Assembly (NCBI RefSeq): GCF_009914755.1
Contig: NC_060933.1
Direction: 5' to 3' (one strand)
DNA length: 64,000 bases
From: the human T2T-CHM13v2.0 reference genome, Homo sapiens
Position numbers and translations under genes: made by a program. The first letter of the stretch is position 1, and each line of letters starts with the position of its first letter. The notes under the pieces are model-generated. The model was not told the origin of the DNA and searched no databases. It saw nothing but the letters and a program-made list of their open reading frames with translations. Shown one piece after another: positions 13,986 to 23,679 of the stretch.

Positions 13986-15676
13986 ATGTGGAGGGACCTG
14001 AGTGGCCAAACACTGTGAAGTTATTTGTATCCCATATGAGTGCTTACCAATGGGTCACCTCAGCAGAGGAGGATTTTAATGATCAAGTGGATAGAATGAC
14101 CTATGACCTGTGGATACCACTCAGCCTCTTTCCCCAGCCACCCATGTCATTGCCCAATGGGCCCATGGACAAAGTGGCCATGGTGGCAAGGATAGAGGTT
14201 ACACATGGGCTCAGCATCATGGACTTCCACTCACCAAGGCTGACCTGGCTACTGCCACTGCTGAGTGCCCAATTTGCCAGCAGCAGAGACCAACACTGAG
14301 CCCTAGATATGGCATCATTCCTTGGGGTGGCAGGTTGATTATATTGGACCTCTTCCATCATGGAAAGAGCAGAGGTTTGTCCTCACTGGAGTAGACACTT
14401 ACTCCAGATATGGGTTTGCCTATCCTTCACGCAATGCTTCTGGCAAGACTATCATCTGTGAACTTATGGAATGCCTTATCCACCATCATGGTATTCCACA
14501 CAGCATTGCCTCTGAACAAGGCACTCATTTTGTGGCTAAAGAAGTGCAGCAGTGGGCTCATGCTCATGGAATTCACTGGTCTTACCATGTACCCTATCAT
14601 CCTGAAGCAGCTAGAATGATAGAATGGTGGAATGGCCTTTGGAAGTCACAATTACAATGCCAACTTGGTGACAATACTTTGCAGGGCTGGGGCAGAGTTC
14701 GCCAGAAGGCCGTGTATGCTCCGAATCAGTGTCCAATATACAGTACTGTTTCTCCCATAGCCAGGATTCATGAGTCCAGGAATCAAGGAATGGAAGTGGA
14801 AGTGGCACCACTCACCATCACCCCTAGTGGTCCACTAGCAAAATTTTTGCTTCCTGTTCCTGCGACATTATGTTCTGCTGGCCTAGAGGTCTTAGTTCCA
14901 GAGGGAGGAACACTGTCACCAGGAGATACAACAATGATTCCATTAAACTGAAAGTTAAGAGTGCCACCTGGAAACTTTGGGCTTCTCCTACCTTTAAGTC
15001 AATGGGCTAAGAAGGGAGTGACAGTATTGGCTGGGATAATAGACCTGGACTGTCAAGATGAAATCAGTCTACTACTCTACAACTTAGGTAAGGAAGAGTA
15101 TGCATGGAATCTATTAGGAGATCCATTAGGGCGTTGCTTAGTATTACCATGCCTTGTGATTAAGGTCAATGGGAAACTACAACAGCCTAATCCAGGCAGG
15201 ACTACAAATGGCCCAGACCCTTCAGGAATGAAGGTTTGGGTCACACCATCAGGAAAAAAAGCACAACCTGCTGAGTTGCTTGCTGAAGACAAAGGGAATA
15301 TAGAATGGGTAGTAGAAGAAGTTAATCACCAATACCAGCTATGACCACTTGACCAGCTGCAGGAATGAGGACTGTAATTGTCCTAAGTATTTCCTCCTTC
15401 TTTTGTTAAAAACATGTTTGTGCACGTATACACTTGTACTAAGAAAATATCTTCATTTTATTTCCTTTATCATGTGACATAAGATTTATTGACTTCATAT
15501 CAGCATTTAAGTATTGTTAACTTTATGTATTTGGGTTGGGGATTGGTACATTTCCGGTTGTATGAAGGGTAGTTGTATTACATTAGACATAATTATGACC
15601 TTATTACTGTCTTTATTTGAAGATTATGCATAATCTCAGAAGATGTGCATGGGTTCAAGTTGACAAGGGGTAGACT
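13986..15676 (+). pseudogene. HERV-L (ERVL) internal remnant: RNase H tail, integrase, dUTPase and polypurine tract; frameshifted and stop-disrupted
   Basis: HHCC zinc finger (WAH...GH...CPIC); integrase core (WQVDYIGPLP...SEQGTHF...MIEWWNGLWK); dUTPase motifs (AGLEV...PPGNFGLLLP...GVTVLAGIIDLD); PPT acaaggggtagact before the LTR. Confidence 0.93.
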
Positions 15677-16056
15677 TGTGATGGTTAATACTGAGTGTCA
15701 ACTTGATTGGATTGAAGGATGCAAAGTATTAATCCTGAGTGTGTCTGTGAAGGCATTGCCAAAGGATATTAACATTTGAGTCAGTGGGCTGGGGAAGGCA
15801 AACCCACCTTAATCTGGATGGGCACCATCTAATCAGCTGCCAGAGAATATAAAGCAGGCAGAAAAACTTGAAAAGGTTAGACTGGCCTAGCTTCCCAACC
15901 TATATATTTCTCCCATGCTGGATGCTTCCTGCCTTCAAACATCAGACTCCAAGTTCTTCAGTTTTGGAACTCAGACTGGCTCTCGTTGCTCCTCAGCCTG
16001 CAGATGGCCTATTGTGGGACCATGTGACTGTGTGAGTTAATACTTAATAAACTCTC

Positions 16057-16117
<61 letters not shown>

Positions 16118-16240
16118 TACACACACACACAGACACACACATATATACACATACACACACATATATATACACATACACACACACATACATTCCATTAATT
16201 CTGATTGATTATGTCCCTCTAGAAAACCATGATTAATACA
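15677..16240 (+). mobile_element. MLT2A1/A2 LTR (3' LTR of HERV-L) with an internal (TA)n/(CA)n expansion
   Basis: TGTGATGGTTAATACTGAGTGTCAACTTGATTGGATTGAAGG...ctctagaaaaccatgattaataCA; TATAAA at 15848, AATAAA at 16046. Confidence 0.93.
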
Positions 16241-17065
16241 ATTAAGAAATTAAAAGAAATGTCCATACTACCCAAAGAGGTCTATAGATTCAATGAAATC
16301 CCTACCAAAATTCCAATGTAATTTTTCACAGAAATAAAAACAATTCTAAAATTTGTATGGAACCACAAAAGATCTCAAACAGTCAAAGGAATAGAGAAAA
16401 AAAAGAATAAAACTGAATGCATTACACTACCTAACTTAAAAATCTATAAGCTATAATGAACGAAAACAACATGGTCCTGGCATTAAAAACAGACATTTTG
16501 ACCAATAGAACAGTATAGACAGCCCAGAAATAAGCCCATATATTTGTGGTCAATTGATTTTCAACAGAGGTGCCAAGAAAGCACTAGTGGAGAAAGAATA
16601 GTCTCTTCAATAAATGGTGTTGGGAAAACTGGATCTACACAAGCAGAAGAACAAAATTGGACTCTTATTCCACACCATAAACAAAAATTAACTCAAAGTG
16701 GATTACGTACTTAAACATGAGACCCGAAACTGTGAAACTACAAGAAGAAAACAAGAGAAATGCTTCACAATATTGGACTGGACAAAGATGATTTTAGATA
16801 TGACCCCAAAAGCACAAGCACAAGCAAAATATAAACAAACGGGATTACACCAAACAAAAAAGCTCTGCACAGCAAATGAAACAGTAGAGTTAAGAGACAA
16901 CCTACAGATCAGGAGAAAATATTTTCAAACATACATCTGATGAGGGGCTAATATTTAAAATATATGAAGAACTCAAACAACTCAATAGCAATAAAACAAC
17001 CCAATCTAAACATGGTCAAAGAATCTTTGTAGACACTTCTCAAAAGAGGACATACAAATGGCCAA

Positions 17066-17170
17066 CAGATATATATTAGATATATTATATATCTAATATA
17101 TATTAGATATGTAATATATATCTAATATATATATTTATAAATTTATATATATTATATGTATATATATATT
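17066..17170. repeat. AT-rich palindromic (TA)n-type repeat
   Basis: Repeated atatattagatat...atatctaatatat units. Confidence 0.85.
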
Positions 17171-17555
17171 CTCATCACTGATGATCAGGGAAATACAAAT
17201 TAAAACCACAATGAGGTATTACTTCATACCTGTTAGAATGGCTATTATAAAAAAGATGAAAGATAGTAAGTGTTGACGATGGTGTGGAGAAAAAAAAATG
17301 CTTGTGCACTGTTGAATGGGAATGTAAATTAATATATCCATTCTGGAAAACAGTATGGAGGCTCCTCAGAAAACTAAGTATATAATTTATCATATTATCC
17401 AGTAATCCCACTTCTGAGTGTGTATCCAAAGGAATTGAAATCAGTATGCCAAAAATATTTATGCGTTCTCATGTTCATTGCAGCATTATTCACAACAGCC
17501 AAGATATTAAAACTACCTAGGTGTCAATTATCAATGAATGGATAAAGAAATTGGG

Positions 17556-17563
17556 TATATGTA

Positions 17564-17604
<41 letters not shown>

Positions 17605-18010
17605 ATATACATGTATGTATGTATATGTATATATATGTATATACACACACACATACATATATACACACACCAAATTACTATACTATTTGGGGGTGTGTGT
17701 GTGTATATATACACACACACACACACATACATATATACACACACATACCTAATACACCAGATTTTCTTCATTCATTAATAATTGACACCTAGGTAGTATA
17801 TATATAGTGTGCATGTGTGTATATATATATATACACACACATATATATACACACATACTTATATACACATATATATAGTGTGTATGTGTATATATATATA
17901 CACACACATACATACATAAACCAAATTTTGTTTATCCATTCATTGATAATTGACACCTAGGTAGTATATATATAGTATAGTGTTACTATACTATTTGGTG
18001 AACATATATA
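17556..18010. repeat. Complex (TG)/(TA)/(CA) repeat containing inverted copies of flanking L1 sequence
   Basis: Read directly; see findings. Confidence 0.9.
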
Positions 18011-18489
18011 TGTAGTATTGTAATGGAATACTATTTAGCCTTAAAAAGGGGGAAATAACATGGATGAACCTGGAGCACATCATGCTAAGTAAAATAAGCT
18101 AGGAACAGAAAGACAAATACCGTATGATTTCACTTACATGTGGAATCTAAAAAAGTTGAAATCATAGAAATAGTGAGTAGAATGATGGTTACCAGTGGCT
18201 GGAAGAGGGGGATGGATGGAGAAAGGGAAGATGTTGATCAAAGGGTGTAAAGTTTCAGATAGACAGGAGGCATAAGCTTTAATGATCTGTTGTGCAGAAT
18301 GGTGATTATAATGATATATATTTCAAAATTCCTATAAAATTAGATTTTAAATGTTTTGGTAGTAAAAATAAGTACCTGAGGTGATACATTTGTTAATTAT
18401 GCTGATTTAATCATTTCATATTATAAAAATCAAAACACCACATTATACCTCATAAATATATATAACTATTATTTGTCAATTAAAGAAAA

Positions 18490-19640
18490 GTGGGAGACAG
18501 CTAATGGGAACAGGGCTTGCTTTTGGGGTGAAAAAATATTTTGGAACTTGGTGGTTGTTGCATAATACTGTGAAGGTACTCAATGTCACTGAATTGTATT
18601 CTTTAAGATGGTTAACTTTGTATTGTGTGAATTTCACCTCAATCAATGAAAAAGATGGAAAAAATAAAATTAAAACGTAAGCAAAAGACTGGAAGAAAAT
18701 ATTGAAAATATGTATCTGATAAAGATTTGTATATAGACTGTACAAAAAACCTTTACACCTTGAAAATAATAAGACGAACAACCCAACCACAAAAGGTATT
18801 TGAATAGACACTTCACAAAAGAATATATAAAAATGGCTAATAAGCACATGGAAAGATGCTCAACATAATTTTTTATTAGCAAAATGAAAATTAAAACCAC
18901 AATGAGATATCATTTCACGCCCAGTAGAATAGCTATAATAAAAAAGATAAACAATAAAAATGTCAATGACAGTGTGGAGAAATGGGAACTCTCATACATT
19001 GCTGGTGGGAATGTAAAATGATATAGCTACTTTGGAAAACGTTTTAGTAGTGCTGTTAAAAAATTAAACATAATTTAACGTATGACCCAGCAACTCTCTT
19101 AGGTGTCTAATATCCATGAGAAATGAAAATATAAATCCACACAAAGAATTGCACACAGATGTTATTAGCATGGTTTTCCATAATATTGAATACAACCAAA
19201 TACTGGATATAGCCAAAAATTCAAAACAATCTAAATGTCTACCAACTGGTAAAAGTGCAATAGCCATACAATGGAATATTATTCGGCAGTTAAAAGGAAA
19301 AAAATTACTGAATGTGCAACAACATGAATGAATCTCAAAAATATGCTACGTGAAGAAATGCAGAAATAAGAGGTCGTGTATTATATTATTCTATTCATTT
19401 AAAATATCCAGAAAAGGCAAATCTGTAGAGTCAGAAAGCAGATTACCTGGCTTTGGGATATGGTGAAGGAGTTGATGGTGGGAATTAACAGTAAATAGAC
19501 ATGATAATTCTTTTAGGGGTGATTAAAAAGTTCTAAAACTATCTTATGGGAAAGTTGCACAATTTGGTAAATTTATTTAAAATATTGAATTGTACACTTA
19601 AAATGAGTGAATTGGTATATATAAAATATACCTCACTGTA
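18490..19640 (+). mobile_element. L1MB/L1MC-type 3' fragments
   Basis: actgaattgta...gtgaatttcacctcaat; aaaaccacaatgagatat; gaaaaggcaaatct; tgaattgtacacttaaaatg. Confidence 0.75.
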
Positions 19641-21429
19641 GTTACTCCCGTCTCTTTGTGTGTGTGTGTGTGTAGCCATATACATATAAAAAGCTTGGTT
19701 GCATTTTGGACCAGAAAAATGAAAATAGAGGGGAATTTTGTATCCTAAAGCTTGTCTTATATTCTCCACTTTATTGTTATTCTTTATTAATTACATGGAG
19801 AAGCCATCTAAAACACTAGGTGTTTGATGCCTTTGCTTTTTCTCGTGCCTCTGCCTTCTTGAACATGATTAATATTTAATTTTCTTTTCAGATATACAAC
19901 ACTGTATTTGGCTGATGCTAACAGGAAAGTTCATTTATATCATAAATACTAAGTAAATTCTAAGATATTTGGGTTAAGTAAGGGCAAAATTAAAATGGTT
20001 GTCCATTTTAAAATGATGGTTGTCCAATCAATTCAATGTGTTTTCTACATATAGATTCCTTTCTTATTGTAGAAAATAACATCCTAAAATATAATGGTGA
20101 AATAACACATGTAGTATGGGTATGATTTTATAACAGAAAATATCCAATTTTAATTGAAAAAAATTAAGTTGCCTAAAACTTAAATACTGTGGTTGGTATG
20201 GATTTATAAAGCACATAATATTAAATTTGATCAGAGAAACTTTTAATTGACAAGTGAGGAGTTGATATCTCAAAAGGGAAGGATATGTATTTTAAAGTTT
20301 CATTCTGGAAAAGGGCAGAAAGAAACTTAGGAAGGATAGAAATGAAGACATTAAAATTAATGTCTGACCTTTTAAAAAGTACAGCTGGCCATTCAAATAG
20401 ACTGGTACTTCCTATGTTACCTTTCATACTGTAATCAAAATCTACAAGAACTGTTGGTAGGGATGACAGAGAAACAGAACAAATGAAAAATAATGACTTT
20501 AAGAGCAGATATCTGAAATGTGTAGTATTGCTTTGGCTAGAGAATAAAAAATGTACTGGATTTTTAAAACTCTGGACTGGAAATTTCATTAAAGCTTAAA
20601 ATCTTTACTTCATTGTATTAAGAAGAATCAAAACTAACTAATCTTCTAATACAATTATATTTTCAGTTCAAGGCAGGGAAGATGTGTTCTAATAAAATAT
20701 TTAATGACAATCTGCTATTGCCCAGCTACTCCATTCTTGTAAGCTAAGTGAATGTCTTATAAGTTAAATGAAATGTGTTATGCCTTTACTGTTTTATGTT
20801 TGGGTCACACACAGGGCTGAGGGGAACCAGTGAAACAGATCGGTGACATATTAACCTGAAGTTGTTCATGGCTGTGTATTCAAGAGAGCAAGGACAAATA
20901 ATGGTCAAGGAAGGAAGTCAGGGATTGGTGGCTCTGTACTAAGTGTCAGCTTCAAAGGGAGAGACCAGAGCATAAACAGACAATTCTCTAGGTTGCAAAT
21001 TGGGAGGATTAGGAACAAGTAAGAGAGTTCCATGCAGGATGGACAAGAAAAAAAAGTTTTATACCAAAAATTGTATTTCATGGCATTAGGGCAGTCTACT
21101 GGGGTAAGGCACTATGCAGTACTAGGCAATTAGAATTCTATTCACTAGCTATGTGCACAAGCGGCTCCTGACCTGGTCATTTTGGCTGTAAAACTATTCA
21201 TGGCAAGTATATATTATTTGCTTTTTATTGGAATGATTATTAGTCTGACTTGACTGTGTTGTAGATCACTGTATTGCTTTTGCACACAGCCTGCTTATCT
21301 AGAAAGCTGATATCTAGTAGCTGATATTTTTATGTAAGTACCTAAGGGACTTCTCAATATATGGTTCTTATACTATGCAACCTATTTCTATTTCAGCCTG
21401 GACAGTTTTTGACGGTGCAGTCTTGCTAT

Positions 21430-21438
21430 ATGGTGTGA
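21430..21438 (+). promoter_or_regulatory. Minimal uORF (ATG GTG TGA), in frame with the main ATG and ending 3 nt before it
   Basis: Read directly: tatATGGTGTGAgaaATGgct. Confidence 0.7.
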
Positions 21439-21441
21439 GAA

Positions 21442-21504
21442 ATGGCTGTAGGAAACAACACTCAACGAAGTTATTCCATCATCCCGTGTTTTATATTTGT
21501 TGAG
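21442..21504 (+). CDS. PLPPR1: Phospholipid phosphatase-related protein type 1 (LPPR1/PRG-3), N-terminal 21 aa, phase-0 exon end
   Basis: Translates as MAVGNNTQRSYSIIPCFIFVE, which I recognise as the PLPPR1 N-terminus; strong Kozak context gaaATGg. Confidence 0.96.
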
Positions 21505-23679
21505 GTATGTGTATTTTTTAACCTTTATGGACAAATTGAAATAAAAGTAACAGTTTTTATTCTGATAACTTAGATTATTTTATAAAATTAATTTTATGAT
21601 TGGTAAGTCAATTTTGATAGCACAAATATTGGTAAAGATTAATAAACTATGCAAAGTGTTTCTTAAATAGGAAGTCATAGAGTAAGAATTTTTTAAACTT
21701 CACCTTTGGATATATAATATATCCAAATTAATATATCCAAGAAATATAATAAAATGAATATTGTGTTTTATTATATTTCTTCTATTTTCGACAATGATGT
21801 GAATGTTAACTATGAAAGAGAATGAAGCATTTTAATTAATTTTTTTATTAAAAAATCAATATCCTGTTTCAGGAAGTCAATAATCCATGCATTTTACAGA
21901 TGATATTAGTTCATGGTCTTTTGCCTTGGAACCCAAATAAAGAAAAATAATCTTAGAGTTTACTATCTCCTCTGGACATTTTAGTAGAGTATTGGGAGCT
22001 TGTGCAATGTATGATTTCTTTTGTCCTGAATTACTTTGTTCAGTTGCTCCAACTTTGTACTAGCAGTTTTTCCAGCACCTTTTTGGTTAAATTTCCTGAA
22101 CTCCTTTTGTACTCTACCTCTGTTTCTATGTTTGCTATAGAGGAGACAAAGACATGAATTTTTTAGGAAATTCGGAAAAAAACTGCTTTCTAGGTTATCT
22201 CAAAATAAGATGTTGATTTGCCAGAGATGTTATTGTATCTGCCTTATCAAGAAAATAGGGCGTCTAGTGGATCGGTTTTTTTTTAGCCTAAAGATCAGAC
22301 CTAAAATATGACAGTGTAAAGAGCTGAAAAGTAAGTATCCTGAACTTCTGTCTGGGTAACTGAAGGATAGTCTCCACATCCCAGGGGTGAGCTGTAGCAT
22401 ATTCTTTCTTACGGCATCTTTTTGGCTGACTGTGGGAGAAATGTGTGTTGATCTACTTTATTATCCATATAAAAACAAAGTTGGGTTAAACTACTACTCA
22501 TATTAGCAAAAATGTACTTTCAGTACATCTGTTGTTTATACAAATCCTGTGAAACACTTAGACAAGAACTTTTATGTTCTCCAACTTGAAATAACTTTAC
22601 CTGCCTATATAGTCAGATAATTTTGAGCATTCTGATTTTTGATCAGATATATGGGTGTTTGGCTGATCATTGAGTTTCACCTTATAGACATTGCTTGGTA
22701 CTTTTAGATGAACAAATATTTCATAACTTATTTTCTGGTGATATTTGATAATCTGTTCATATTGCAGAACCAGGTAAAGATAGGAGAGAAGGTTGGAACA
22801 GAGATGTTAATATAAGCGAAGTTACATATAGACTCAATTTAAGCTAAATATCTGAATGGGTAAACAAAGAACTCATCATTCAACAAGAAACACATATTCT
22901 TAATATTTTGCATTTAACTTGCTATACGATGCCAAAATAACTCCATTCAGACAATAGTGATAATTATACATATTGTGGGTTCTGGTTACGATTCTTCTTA
23001 TTAATATTGTGGTGAAGGGAAAAAATCATTTTTCCTGCTGCTTATGCGAAAAAGTTAGAAGGTAAAATAACAGTACCTTTTTCAGTGTTTGCTTTCTCTT
23101 TTGTTATATGAAAAATAATTTTTTAAGTAGGCTGCGGGAAGTTAGGGAATAAGTCATCCATCATCATCTTTATCCTCCCTGCAGCAATTTTATTTTATAT
23201 TTTCTTAAAAATCAAGGAGGAAGCAACCCTCAAAGTGAGATGTTTAATTTATTGCTGGAAGCTGTAGTCTCCGAAGATTTTCAGCTCTCTAATGTGTGAA
23301 TGAAGAGCTTGGCCGGTGGAGCAGCAACAAGGGAGATGAATTAGTTCTTCTGTAGCTTACCCTGACACAAACATAAATAGAAGTCTAAAAATCTGGGAGA
23401 GGAAAGATGGTTTATTCTTTTTCTTGTTGTATTGTTGTTCTTATTTTGCATGGAAATTCTCTTAGAACTGTCTTAGAAATAGGCAGGCAAAAGGGAAGGG
23501 AAGTAGGACACAGAAGACATTGAGTGGGAAGGAGGTGAATCTCAAAGTGGCTCTCATGATTCTCATGTATTTCATTCACCAAACACTTATTGTTTACCTA
23601 TATTATTCCAGGTACTATAACAAGGATATCACAAAACTTGGTAAAAAATGTCAACTTGACCAATGAATATCTTTTCACT

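Larger units (their letters stand above)
16241..18484 (+). mobile_element. L1MA-type LINE, ORF2 3' part and 3'UTR, containing microsatellite expansions
   Basis: aaatgtccatactacccaaag...ctcttcaataaatggtgttgggaaaactgga...tatttgtcaattaaa. Confidence 0.88.
21397..21504 (+). other. PLPPR1: PLPPR1 first coding exon (108 nt: 45 nt 5'UTR plus 63 nt CDS)
   Basis: Acceptor cctatttctatttcag|CCTG, donor GAG|gtatgt; contains the start ATG at 21442. Confidence 0.95.

Noticed and set aside
14322-14951. 209-aa ORF as a domesticated integrase gene
   Set aside because: It starts at TTG, is frameshifted from its zinc finger, has a catalytic D-to-E change and ends at a premature stop.
12970-16460. Opposite-strand L1 ORF2 segments as a twin-priming inversion
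   Set aside because: They overlap the same consensus region by about 200 bp and differ substantially, so they are better explained as independent insertions.
17517-17792. Overlapping 60-85 aa ORFs on both strands
   Set aside because: Artefacts of dinucleotide repeats and the inverted duplication.
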